Shown: one piece after another, positions 24,900-36,902 of the stretch
How the letters are laid out: every line of letters starts with the position of its first letter
How positions within the stretch are numbered: position 1 is the first letter of the stretch
Source: Carcharhinus longimanus
Lineage: Eukaryota
Assembly (NCBI GenBank): GCA_030264375.1
Contig: JASCQW010000190.1
Location: 105,915,700-105,979,699, forward strand
Reading direction: 5' to 3'
DNA: 64,000 bases
Notes under the pieces: generated by a model
What the model saw: the letters and a program-made list of their open reading frames with translations, nothing else
What the model was told of the DNA's origin: nothing
The model's database searches: none
Position numbers and translations under genes: made by a program

Positions 24900-25212
24900 G
24901 AGAGAATACTTCTCCTTGTGTAGAACTAAGGGGCACTGTTTCAACATAAGGGATCTCCCATTTGAGATGGAGCTGAAGAACTTCTTCTCTCAGAGGGCCA
25001 TTAATTTTTGGAATTCACGACCCCAGACAGTAGTGGCAGCTGAGTCGTTGAACGTATTCAAGTTAGACAGATTTTTGATCTGCAAGCAAGTCAATGGGTT
25101 AATGGGTTGTGGCTGGGGTGGGAATTAAGATACAGTAATATCAGCTACGAGTTTATTCAATGACGGGGCAGGCTTGAGTGACCAAATTATCAACTCCTAT
25201 TTCCTGTGTTCT
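24900..25212 (+). mobile_element. CR1 LINE 3' end
   Basis: RTKGHCFNIR...KNFFSQRAINFWNS motif. Confidence 0.8.
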
Positions 25213-25344
25213 TTTTGTACATAAAGTGAAATAAGCTGCACCCATCGCACTCATTCTGCTGAAATATTTCCCATCTTCCTCTATTTCACCAGACCACTCC
25301 TTCTAAACTGCTGAACATACAGCTCATCCTCCCCTTGATAAGCA

Positions 25345-25610
25345 GCCCGGTGGCACAAATGGTTAGCAGTGCTGCCTCTAAGCGCCAGGGATCCAGGTTT
25401 GATTCCTGGCTTGGGTCGCTGTCTGCACATCCTCCTTGTCTGCATGGGTTTCCTCCGGGTGCTCCGGTTTCCTCCCACGGACCGAAAGATGTGCTGGCTA
25501 GGTACACTGACCCAAACAGGTGCCACTGCGTGGCGACTTGGGGAACTTCACAGTAGCTTCATTGCAATGTTAATGCAAGCCTTACTTGTGACCAATAAAT
25601 AAACTTTTAC
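25345..25610 (+). mobile_element. HE1-like SINE, tail B
   Basis: Head, body and an AATAAATAAAC end. Confidence 0.85.
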
Positions 25611-26957
25611 TTACAAATCAAAAAGTCTCGACAGTCTCTCCACTACCAACACCCATCCCAAAACTGTACTCTTCAATCGTTTAAAATACAAGCTCTATGT
25701 TACTGGATTCATCTCATCATTTTTTTTTTAAGTAAAATCACTTCCCTGCACAATGGGGTTTCCCTTGATTGCTCAATAATAATTTTAATGAATAAGGCTC
25801 CCCTCTGGGCGAGTCTGATGTGGAGCAAAAAAATAAGGCCTCCAAGAACTTTACTGTCTAATATTTACTCATTAAAAATACAAACTATTCCTACCTTCTG
25901 AAATCAGAACATTAAAACATTTCTATTAGGCATGAATAAATGAAAAAATTATAATTAGAAACCGTTTAGTGCCAAGAACAGGGCACAGCTAAGGTGGTGT
26001 GGGGGAGGGGTTCAGGTGTTGTGCAGGGGCTTATGNNNNNNNNNNNNNNNNNNNNNNNNNNNNNNNNNNNNNNNNNNNNNNNNNNNNNNNNNNNNNNNNN
26101 NNNNNNNNNNNNNNNNNNNNNNNNNNNNNNAGGAAGCAATTTGAAAACTGGACTCCTGTCACACACAAATTAACTACCTGAAAGTAACAGGCAGTGAAAG
26201 GAAAGCTATTTGGATGCTTTTGAGGCTCTCCCTAGGACAGGAGTTTAAATCCAGGTTGACAGTGCTTTACTTTCTGATGCCTCTGGGGGCCCAATGTGAA
26301 ATTGGTTTCTAGGTGCCCAAAGCACAAAGTTGCTCTTAATTTGGTAGTAAATTGGCAATCTCATCCTGAGTGGCCATTGGATGGTTATGAGGGCAGTGAG
26401 AATGTTTGCACTGATGCTCTTTTGTAGCTCGGATAGACTAGAGGCCACTTAAGTACAAAGCTACTTAACCTGGAACTATTCCTTGCTCATCCAGGTTGCC
26501 CTTGACATGGAAAATGTTCTATTCCCCAGCACCTTGCTTGATGAAGTGAAAAAGATAAAAATTAAAGTGCAGGAATTTCAGTGGCCCATTAACTTTTGAT
26601 TTTGTTCCTGTGGAATGGGCTCATTCAAAGATTGGACAGTGACGTACTTAAAGGATTAGAAAGAAATCTTGTTACAGGATTCAGCTCATAGGTTTTAATG
26701 GAAGCTGGCATGTTTTACCAAACAATGATGACTTGCTGATAAGTTCTAGGTTACATTGACTTTTCCTGTGAACAGGCTCCTTAACTGCTGCCAATTTAGG
26801 TACTTTAATGTTTATAGCTCCTGCATTTTCAGTCAGGACAAAACTGACATCATTGCACAAGATGCCCACATTTACTCTCCCGATCCCAGGGGTAGATTGG
26901 TAAATCACAGACACCCTAAACAGAAAGGTGCCTTTCATTCTGGTTTAGTGGGGAGGA

Positions 26958-27285
26958 AGGTGACACGGTGGCACAGTGATTAGCACTGTTGCCTCAGTGC
27001 CAGGGTTCAATTCCCAACTTGGTCACTGTCTGTGTGGAGTTTGCACATTTCCCCCCCACCCCGCCGTGTCCACGTGGGCTTTCTCTGGGTGCTCCGGTTT
27101 CCTCCCACAGTCTAAAGATGTGTGGATTAGGTGGCTCGGCCATGTTAAATTGCCCCTTACTGTCAGGGGAACAAGCTAGGATAAATGCTTGGGGCTAAGG
27201 CGAAAGTATCTGGTTGGGATTGTGGTCGGTGAAGACTCGATGGGCCAAATGGCCTTCTCCTGTACTGTTGGATTCTATGAATCTG
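26958..27285 (+). mobile_element. HE1-like SINE, tail A
   Basis: Full-length copy. Confidence 0.85.
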
Positions 27286-27949
27286 TGAGGGGTGGGGGTG
27301 CAGAGGAACAGATTGCCAGGAGGGGGCAGCAGACATCTGTCAATCTCAGACACAGTCTGAGCACAAGTTTCAATCAACTTTATTAACATATTGGACTGCT
27401 GTTCTTCATGGTTCTCACCTTCAGGTATGGGTCGGCTCACGTGGTGCTGTAATTTAGTCTTCTCAAACTTATTGTAAGCAAACTGACAAATGTAACTTTA
27501 TTCATTTTTCCCCCCCCAAATGAAACACAACAAGTACAACCGTTTTAGATCTCTAAAGATACCACGGAGATATTTAAGTGCACATTTTCGCACTTTCACA
27601 TTCAGTATTTCAGAGCAGTCTCCTCTCAAGTGGTTGCAGCCAGCAGAGTGAGTGGGCGTTGTTGGTCAAACCATGACAACATATCATTAGAAGCTATCCC
27701 ATCAATGTGTTTATATGTGTTGAACTGCAGCAACTCAGTATTCTAGTGCCACAGTGCCCCAGTCTGGCCCATTCACAGTAAAGAATTGTTCTTTTATTTA
27801 TCAATTCATTTCCCCAGTTGATGGCAAATTTAGAAGCTATAATTTTACTGTCATATTAGTTTTTGCGGTAGGATTAAAGTACTGAGGAGTTTATCTTGCA
27901 ATTGCTAAAGGCTAACCATTCTTATTGCTTTATTAGTCAACATTTCTGT

Positions 27950-28862
27950 TTGATTTTGATTTATTGTCACATGTATTAACATACAGAGAAAAGTATTGTT
28001 CCTTGCGTGCTATACAGACAAAGCATACCATTCGTAGAGAAGGAAGCAAAGAGCAAAGAAAATTACAGCACAGCAACAGTCCCTTTGGCCCTCCAAGCCT
28101 GCACCAACCATGCTGCCCGACTGAACTAAAACTCCCTACCCTTCCAGGGACCATATCCTTTCATTCCCATCCTATTCAATGCATTTGTCAAGACACCCCT
28201 TAAAACTCACTATTGTTTTTGCTTCCACCACCTCCCCCAGCAGCGAGTTCCAGGTACCTACTACCCTTTGTGTAAAAAAACTTGCCTCATACATCTCCTT
28301 TAAACCTTGCCCCTCGCACCTTAACTAGGGGACTGTTTGTGCCACCTAGTAATTGACTCTTCCACCCTGGAAAAATGCTTCTGACTATCCATTCTGTACA
28401 TGCCCCTCATAATCTTGTAGCCTTGTATCAGGTCACCCCTCAACCTCTGTTGTTCCAATGAGAACAAACCAAGTTACTTCAATCTCTCCTCATCGCTAAT
28501 GCCCTCCATACCAAGCAACATCCTGGCAAATGTTTTCTGTACCTTCTCCAAAGTCTCCATATTCTAATAGTGTGGTGACCAGAATTGAACACTATATTCC
28601 ATGTGTGGCCTAACTGAAACGGGAGTGTGCAGAATGTAGTGTTACAGTCACAGCTAAGGTGTAGAGAAAGATCAACTTACTGCAAGGTAGGTCCATTCAA
28701 AAGTCTGACAGCAGCAGGGAAGAAGCTGTTCTCGAGTTGGTTGGTACATGACCACAGACTTTTGTATCTTTTTCCCGACGGAAAAAGGTGGAAGAGAGAG
28801 TGTCCAGGGTCCGTGGGGTCCTTAATTATGCTGGCTGCTTTGCCAAGGCAGCGTGAAGTATA
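27950..28862 (-). mobile_element. Rex1/Babar-like LINE 3' end, split by the CR1 insertion
   Basis: KAASIIKDPTDPGHSLFHLFPSGKRYKSL...NSFFPAAVRLLN, with its 3' tail continuing at 27950-28045. Confidence 0.8.
28046..28615 (-). mobile_element. CR1 LINE 3' fragment nested in a Rex1/Babar-like fragment
   Basis: Minus-strand remnants of the CR1 ORF2 C-terminus and a CTTTGCTCTTTG tail. The same subfamily occurs at 59756-60520. Confidence 0.8.
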
Positions 28863-29299
28863 GAGAGTGTATTCTAATGTATTTGCAAGTGTGGATACTG
28901 GACCAGGAGGCTGTAACCAAGACTGAACCAACAGCCTGGCTCTGAATTAAAGCAATAATTGAGAGCAAGGATGACATAGGCCACGAGATCTCACCTTCAG
29001 TTTTTTTTTTAAACACACCAATTCTGTAGTTATTTTCTCCATTCATCAATTCTCTTCTCTGCAATAACATACAATTTCCTTTGCTTATTTGACAGACCAG
29101 CCAAATAACTAACAGCCAATACTTCAATATTGCTTGGAAGAGATTCATGCTGCACAGGATCGCCTGGCTGTTCCTGCCAGCGGGATCTTCTTGAACAGCC
29201 ATAGCTCCCCACGCCCTTCCACCCCACTCCCTATCCCACCTCTCCTTCACGCAAGTTCCCTGGCTTTGGAATGGGTGAGCCTTGCAAAATGCTGTCGAA

Positions 29300-29642
29300 C
29301 CGTAGAATCCCTACAGTGCAGGACGTGGCTGTTCAGCCCATCAAGTCTGCATCAACTCTCCAACAGAGCATCTTTCCCAGGCCCACTCCCTGCCCTATCC
29401 CCATAACCCCACACATTTACCCTGTATGTCCCCTTAAACTATTCATCTTGGGACACTAAGGGACAAATTAGCAAGGCCAATGATCCACCTAATCCGCACA
29501 CCTTTGGACTGTGGGAAGAAATCGAAGCACCTAAAGGAAACCCAAGCAGACACAGAGGGAACATGCAAAGTCCACACAGACAGTCACCCGGGTCCCTGGC
29601 ACTGAGAGGCTGCAGTGCTAATTACCGTGTCAACATGTCGCC
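29300..29642 (-). mobile_element. HE1-like SINE, tail A
   Basis: Reverse-complement copy. Confidence 0.8.
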
Positions 29643-30274
29643 CTGTCGACATCAATGCCTGCCATCTAAGCTTTTTGTCCTGCACTCATCAGAACAAACA
29701 CAACAATACAATTCCAAAGGAAACAACAGTTTATACTGGATGAGAAAAGGGCTGCTAATTGGTTGGCAAGTCAACTCTTGATTGGTCAAGACATTGCCAT
29801 AGTGAATGCTTCTGGGAACTATCGTTTCCCTCTTGATTTTGTTTACTCAAAAAAAAAATTGCCAGTCACTAGCGGTTACTCAAGAGTGGACAAATTTAAC
29901 TATACCTTTAGCAATACAAGAACAGGAACAAAATCTTCCATCATTCTCCAGGTGACAAGTTCCTATTGCACCCACTGTTGCTGTCTTTACAAATGATAGT
30001 ACTCCAGGTCTGAGAACTGCTGTCACATTGCTGCTGCACATTTTGGAGCTAGTGCACATATTGCAGCCAAAGCACACACAGTAGACATTCAGTCTAACGG
30101 ATGAGGTGCCAACAGTTAGACTTCTTTGTCCTGAACAATGGGTGAGCTTCCCAGAATGCAGCTATACCTGTCCTCACCCAGACACGTGAGGTGTGCAGCT
30201 TAGGGGAGTTAGGAGGTGAGGTGAACTAAACTGGATTCATTGTGATTTATATTCACAATTCCGGAACACTCTTC

Positions 30275-30762
30275 TCCTGTCTAGCAAACAACACAACTCT
30301 TACAGATGCATCTTAGAAAGCATCCTTTCCAGACGTATCACAGCTTGGCAAGGCTCTTGCTCTGACTAAGACCACAAGAAACTACAAAGGGTTGTGAATG
30401 TAGCCCTCCCATCCATTGACTGTCTACACTTCCCACTGCCTCAGAAAAGAAGCTAGCATAATCAAAAGACCCCACACACCCTGGACATACGTTCTTCTGC
30501 CTTCTTCTATCGGGAAAGAGATACAAAAGTCTGAGGTCACGTATCAACCGACTCAAGAACAGTTATTTCCCTGCTGCCATCAGACTTTTGAAAGGACCTA
30601 TCTTGCATTAAATTGATCTAGCTCTACATCCTAGCTATGACTGTAACATTACACCCTGCACCCAATCCTTTTCTTCTCCCTATGCACTCTATGCTTTGTT
30701 TGTGTAATGCGCAAGAAACAATACTTTACACTGTATCCCAATAAGTGACGATAATAAATTTA
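30275..30762 (+). mobile_element. Rex1/Babar-like LINE 3' end
   Basis: Same family as 28616-28862 (CCAACCGACTCAAGAACAG-type text...CCATCAGACTTTTGA). Confidence 0.8.
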
Positions 30763-31212
30763 ATTTTCAACTTTATCTGATATTTCCCACCTCTGCTGCA
30801 CAATGTCCCCTGATATTTAAGTGCACTGAGACATTTCCAGTATTTTACAAATGCTACATAAATCCAATTTGTTGTTGTTGACAACTGCTATGACAAAAGA
30901 GGAAGAGAACAAGGAACCAAGTCTAACTAGCGCAAAATACAGTTCAATTTCTCATCTCAGATGCCAAGGTTACAGTCAGCTGAAAGTGATAGGACCTGTA
31001 TACGAGTAATTGCACAGTTAAATCATGCATTTATCCCAAATTAAAATCCCAGCTAATCATTGTGGAATTGTTGAGACAGATGAGTTGAGGGTGGTTCATA
31101 GAAAATACCTGCATATTCACTCTCAACTTGCCCATTTGCTTGTTTCTATGTGTTTCACCCACATGTTGAGAAGAAATATCAACTCAACCCAACCATTTCA
31201 CAGATCATAATG

Positions 31213-31708
31213 TGGAGATGCCAGTGTTGGACTGGGGTAGGCACAGTAAGAAGTCTCACAACATCAGGTTAAATCACAGTACAAAGTCTCACAACACCAA
31301 CCTTCAAGACGTAAGACAACACAGAATCGCTCAGCAGAAACTGATAGCCAAGTTCCGCACACACGAGGACAGCCTCAACCTACATCTTGGGTTCATGTCA
31401 CACTATCTGTAACCCCCACGACTTGCCTGGGCTTGCAAAACCTCACTAACTGTCCTGGCTTGAGACAATTCACATCTCTTTAAACTGTACTTAACCCTCT
31501 CTCCACTCGCATCGTCTGTACCTGTAAAGACTTGATTACCTGTTAAGACTCGCATTCCAATGTTATCTTATTGGAATATATAGAATTTGTGTCTATGTAT
31601 GCTGTTTATGAACCAAATACTGAACTCCCCTGATGAAGGGGCAGGGTTCAGAAAGCCTGTGCTAGTAAATAAACCTGTTGGACTTTAAATGATGTTGTGA
31701 GACTTCTT
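31213..31708 (+). mobile_element. Penelope-like element remnant with inverted 5' piece and a 13-bp target-site duplication
   Basis: ORF end HRIAQQKLIAKFRTHEDSLNLHLGFMSHYL* resembles a GIY-YIG C-terminus. Near-terminal GTAAGAAGTCTCACAACATC and GATGTTGTGAGACTTCTTAC are inverted. ACAGATCATAATG occurs at 31200-31212 and 31709-31721. Confidence 0.85.
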
Positions 31709-31779
31709 ACAGATCATAATGCCACCATTTCCTGCCCTTTTCAGGAAGTTAGTCAATCAAGCTGGACAAAAATAAAACA

Positions 31780-32990
31780 CAGAGGAGCTCTGGAAAGGCA
31801 AATAAGAGAGGGAAAGCTAACATGTGAGAACTGATCAGTGAGCAACATAAAAGGAACTGTAAATCTTTTCAAAAACCCATAAATAGTAAGAGAGTAGGCA
31901 AAGAAAAGGTGGAGTCGGTTAGAATTCATAGAATCCTTACAGACCAGATAGAGGCCATTCAGCCCATTGAGACTGCACCAAATAACAATTCCACCAAGGC
32001 CCTATCCCATAATCCCACCTATTTATCCTTCTAATCTCCCCACCCAGCCTCCAAGGGTACTAAGGGTCAATTTAGCATGGCCAATCCACCTAGCCTGCAC
32101 ATCTTTGGGACTGTGAGAAGAAACCAGAGCACCCAAAGGAAACCCACGCAGACACAAGAAGAATGTGCAGTCTCCACACAGGCAGCTACTCGAGACCAGA
32201 ACTGAACCTGGGTCACTGGCACTGTGAGGCAACAGTGCTATCTACTGTGCCACCATGCCGCCACAAGGCATCAAAAAGTGCAGAGGCAGAGATATTAAAT
32301 GATGAGCACTGTGCATCTGTCTTCACTAAAAGAGAAGGTAGCAGAGAAGTTGGATCAGATAAAAATACATAAAGGGGAGATAATTAGAAGTTTGCCCAAC
32401 TTTAAAATACAAAAATCAGCTGATCTGGATGGGCACATCAAAGGTTGCATCTTTAAAAGTAAGGGTGCAATTTATGCAAGTTCCAGCCACAAACTTGCAA
32501 CCCTCCCCAAATATGGGATTGTGCAGAAGGACTGGACAATTGCAAAGATTTCAACTGTTTTAAAAAAAAAGAGGACGATAAGCCTACTGACAATGGGCGA
32601 GTCAGCCTAAGGCCAGTGGTGCGAAACTTAAATACAGTAATCCAGGACAAATTGAACAGCAACTTGGAAAAACGTAGGTGAATAATTGAAAGCTAGCACA
32701 GAATTGTTAAAGATAAATCATGCTTGGCTAACTTGATTTGAGCATTACTGATGTCCTGATGGGTGTAAGATGAAAAACTCCCAGGAATCCTCAGGTTCTA
32801 TGCTACCAAACTTGACTAAGCGCGTTGACAACCTAAGGTCGAGTGTTGACAAGGGCAATGAGGTTGATGTTGTGCATATGGACATTCAAAAGATATTTTG
32901 ATAAAATACCACAAATTGAAGCCCAAGGGATTAACAGTACAGTGGATACAAATTGGCCAAGGTTCAAGAAGCCAATCCACCAGATGCAGA
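31780..32990 (+). mobile_element. Old CR1 LINE ORF2 fragment, interrupted by a SINE
   Basis: Degenerate pre-RT and RT motifs (AEILN...SVFT; DWTIA.IS.V.KK; GNEVDVVHMDIQK.FDK). Confidence 0.75.
31920..32262 (-). mobile_element. HE1-like SINE, tail A, inserted in a CR1 fragment
   Basis: Reverse-complement full-length copy. Confidence 0.85.
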
Positions 32991-33107
32991 GCAGAGGAAA
33001 AGTTCCTCTAATATTCAATATGTCTGGATAATAATTTTGTTCTTTCATGCTGTGGGATTTAGAATTACTCTGGCAGGTTTAGTCATGGAATGACAACTGT
33101 TCACTTG

Positions 33108-33408
33108 GGAGGCACGGTGGCACAGTGGTTAGCATTGCTGCCTCACAGCGCCAGGGACCCGGGTTCAATTCCGGCCTCAGGTGACTGTGTGGAGTTTCTA
33201 CATTCTTCCTGCGTCTGTGTAGATTTCCTCCGGGTGCTCCAGTTTCCTCCGCGGGTTAGGTGGATTGGCCATGTTAAGTTATCCCTTAGTGTCAGAGGGA
33301 TTAACAGGGTAAATATGTGAGATGACTGGGATAGGGCCTGGGTGGAATTGTGGTCGGTGCAGACTCGATGGGCCAAATGGCCTCCTCCTGCATTTAGAGA
33401 TTCTGTGT
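33108..33408 (+). mobile_element. HE1-like SINE, tail A
   Basis: Near-consensus head GGCACGGTGGCACAGTGGTTAGC. Confidence 0.85.
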
Positions 33409-35636
33409 ATCCAAGCCCAATTTTCCCCCTGCAGTTGAAAGGAGTCCTCACTGTGTTCAGTAAAAATCCAATACCACAACCAGGAACCACAAGAAACTCA
33501 TCTATACAGCGATAGCATGAATATGTTAATGTGATCAGAAAACATGAGGCAGTGAATAAGTTGTACATTCTCTTTCAGAAGAAGGATAAACATTGCACCA
33601 AATAATTTCAGTTTGGTTCAGTTGAGAGCGCTCTCGCGTCAGAGTGAAAACTGTGGGATCAAACCCGACTATAGATTGGACCCCAACATTTAACCCAAAC
33701 CATTCAGTGCAATGCTGAGGGAGTGCTTTATTATCGGAGGATGAGGAGATGTTAAAGAGGGTCTATGCACTCATAAAAGTCAGTCTTGTCCAATACTTTA
33801 ATCACTAGCTTTTTTTGTGGCTAATCAGAAATTGAGATGTGGTTCAGAGCATTTCTGATCAGCAAGCAACAGGTACTGTCACTGGGCATGTGAACTAAAA
33901 GCTTTTCATGCATCTGTTGGTAAAATGTTAAGGTGAAAAAAAACAAAGGCTACAAGTGTTTTTTGATTATTATGAGTTCTTTACTTCCTTGATTACTAAA
34001 TACCAGTGCAGGTTTGTTAAATAAACATAGACATGAATTACTTTTAACTGGATTTGAGAGTATGCATTAGGCATTTGTGACTAAAACTAGTTTGTGATGA
34101 GAATGGTGTTATAGGATCACCTATGGCTAGCCAGTGATTCCTATTGGCAACATGGCATTAAAATGGACATGATGTGGAGATGTGGAGAAAATGGAACCCA
34201 TGGTACTATTTCAAGAGGAGCAAGGTGTCCTGGTCAACATTCATTTTTAACGAATACCACCAGAGACCAATAAACCAGTCTTCCATCTTATTTACTTTTT
34301 TCCCCCTCATGCTATAGTCTATTTGGAGATAAGATTGTTTAATATGAATAAGGCAACCAAAAGGTGAGACGAGTGTTATGTCCACTGAAGCACCCCAAAT
34401 GGAACTTTACACCTGGAGATTTATGTTGCTAGTTTGCACTAACGAGCTACACTGCAATGTGTGGGCAGGAGCAAGAAGGTCGATCAACCTGTCACCTTAT
34501 GAAGGATATCCAGTCAAGCTGATGGTGTCAGGTTCAACACTCGGGACGGAGGTAAGGAGCGCATTAATAACACAAACAATAATTCCAACTATGAATCAGA
34601 ATGAAAATCCAAATCTAATGGATGAATACTGGATGGTGTTAAGAGGGTTGTAAAACTTTTATCATGAAGTTCAGCTAAATCCCATCAGTGAAAGTGAAAG
34701 ATTAAAGTCCTCATCACCACCCCTTCCTCCTCCAGTGCTGTTTTTCCAATCAGTGTGGTATTGACAGCTGCTACACAGCCAGTTAAAGTCTCCAGGTCTA
34801 CGTAAGTGGTATTTACCATGGTCCTATAGCGTCCTTCCTTCAGGCCTAGAGTGATAGAAACTCACTTTTATTAGCCAGCTGCTTCAGGGCTCAATCGCTT
34901 AGCCTAATCCATCTGCATGACATTCACTGAGGTGCCTGGGGACTTCCAATTCAAGCAGGTGCACAGACCTGAAGCGAGGAGCATACATCACTGGGGATTT
35001 TGATTAGATGTCACGCCCATGGGCTTTGGAGAGTGAGCATCTATTTTGTTGATGCAAACATCTATTTAACTTGGAAACAGTGCAGTGCTATGTCAGTGGA
35101 TTGACATTGCTGAAGGACACCAGGAGACACTAATGTACTGAAACTGCGATATTCAGATGTTCACGACACACACTTGTGCCACTGCTGCCCCACATAGTGA
35201 ATTTACAACCACAGACAGACTATTAAGGATGGAGGGATAGAGTGCAGGGAAAACCAAGTATCTTCATTGAGAGGCAGGAAAAAGCAAGAGCTGGCAAGAT
35301 CCTGCTGAACCTTTTAGAAGCAGAATGGGATTGTACTGCAATAGAACTATCACCATTTCAAATGGAACTAAGTCTATCCAACTGCATCACCAGGGTAACA
35401 GTCTGCAGTTTGCCAGGCTCAGTCACTTACTCTGCAACCCTACCCTCCCCTCCCCCCCGGACAACATTCACTGCTCATTTGTAAACAGAATCGATAAAAT
35501 TGCAGTAAGGTCAACAATGAATATTAAAAGTAGGTTTTAATCAGACTTCCAGTTCGTTGGTTTTTCATCAGTTTTGCAATATAAAATAAATGACTTCCAC
35601 ATCAGAATCTCCACTTTTGAAAGTTACTTGAGGAGG

Positions 35637-35648
35637 GAAAGTGAAACT
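35637..35648 (+). promoter_or_regulatory. Consensus ISRE/IRF site GAAAGTGAAACT in the intron after the first coding exon
   Basis: Exact match to GAAANNGAAACT. Function is not shown. Confidence 0.4.
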
Positions 35649-35974
35649 TGTTTATGATATAGTGAAGGAATGATTTTTAAATTACAGAACCTTTTGCGTT
35701 TGAATTAGCATATTGCCAATCCTTGATCGGAAACCAGTATCTGTCAAAAAAAATTGCAGTAATTTGGTTCAAATCTAATGAAGTTGCTTTGAAAGCCATT
35801 GCTAAAGGATCAGTAATGGAATGGACAGACAGCAACATAACAAACATAGCTTTAACCCTTACTTCTGTAGTGCAGGGACAGTTCAAACCTCTCGGCAGCA
35901 ATATTCTCACCTAAATTTTATTTTGATAAAGTCTTAAATCATGAACTTTATCATAACATTATCATAGCATACGA

Positions 35975-36260
35975 TGGCACATTGGCACAGTGGTTAGCAC
36001 TGCTGCGTCAGTGCCAGGGACCAAGGTTCGATTCACGGTTTGGGTCACTGTCTGTGTGGAGCCTGTACGTTCTCCCTGTGTCTGTGTGGGTTTCCTCCTA
36101 CTGTCCGAAAGACGTGCTGGTCAGGTGCATTGGCCATGCTTAAATTCTCCCTCAGTGTACCCAAACGGGCAATGGAGTGTGGCAACTAGGGGGATTTTCA
36201 CAGTGACTTTGTTGCAGTGTGAAGGTAAGCCCCTTGTAACACGAATAAACATTAAACTTC
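35975..36260 (+). mobile_element. HE1-like SINE, tail B
   Basis: Lies about 110 bp from the donor of the first coding exon, antisense to the gene. Confidence 0.85.
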
Positions 36261-36368
36261 AGTTGCAATTAACTAATCTAATAAATGAGTATTCTGCTAA
36301 AAATTGCTCTTCTGCAATGTATCTTCCTGTCTAGTGGATTAAGCTGTACATTAGCATGCGAGACCTAC

Positions 36369-36440
36369 CTGGTGTCCGTCATCCATTCCGTTGCTAGCAA
36401 ATTCAAACACCAGCTCGGACTGTTGGACCGCAGCAGCCAT
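36369..36440 (-). CDS. ELF1: ELF1/ELF4-subfamily ETS transcription factor, first coding exon of the long isoform ([24 protein letters not shown])
   Basis: Manual translation of the minus strand from ATG at 36440 gives 24 codons ending at donor CAG|GTAGGT (phase 0). It matches the recalled human ELF1 [24 protein letters not shown] and ELF4 [25 protein letters not shown]. ELF1 versus ELF4 orthology is not resolved. Confidence 0.93.
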
Positions 36441-36684
36441 GACTCTGAGATCAAGGGCTCCAGCACCTGTCCAGAACCAGGATAAAAGAGACTTTCTACC
36501 AGTTTGTCTCAGCGAAGGCCGCTTTGAGCTTCAGGAGATAGTCCGTGTGGTGAAATAAATCAGTCAGTCTCGTTAGCCTTAATGACTTTGATGCGAAGAG
36601 GAATGCGCCAAAGACTTCAGATCAGAGCTGCATGCACTTCACACGGTGTGGTGGTGCTGAGGCACTGGAGAACCTTCTTCAGTC
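36441..36684 (-). other. Probable 5' UTR portion of the first coding exon
   Basis: Non-repetitive sequence upstream of the ATG, with acceptor-like TCTCATCTCCAG|GACTG at 36684. An alternative acceptor TTTTATCCTGGTTCTGGACAG|G lies near 36466. Confidence 0.5.
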
Positions 36685-36902
36685 CTGGAGATGAGATTAC
36701 AATCTCACAGAGAAGGGAAGTTCTTGAAACATTATGAATTCGATCTGAAAGAGTAAAGCAGAAAGACAATGTTAACCTAGGAGTGGCCACATCATTACTC
36801 AAAGTAAGGACTTGGAAGCCAAAGTGCATATTTATCCCAAACATTAGGAAGCCTGCGGTCCTGGTACCAACAGGTCAGGCAGCTGAATGACTCATACGAT
36901 AA

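Noticed and set aside
23362-36440. Calling the gene ELF2 because of the LDLLIRA exon
   Set aside because: The long-isoform exons match ELF1/ELF4 (FEFASN, DP..FPAVIVE) rather than recalled ELF2 (LELSSNG, EYPAVIVEPVP).
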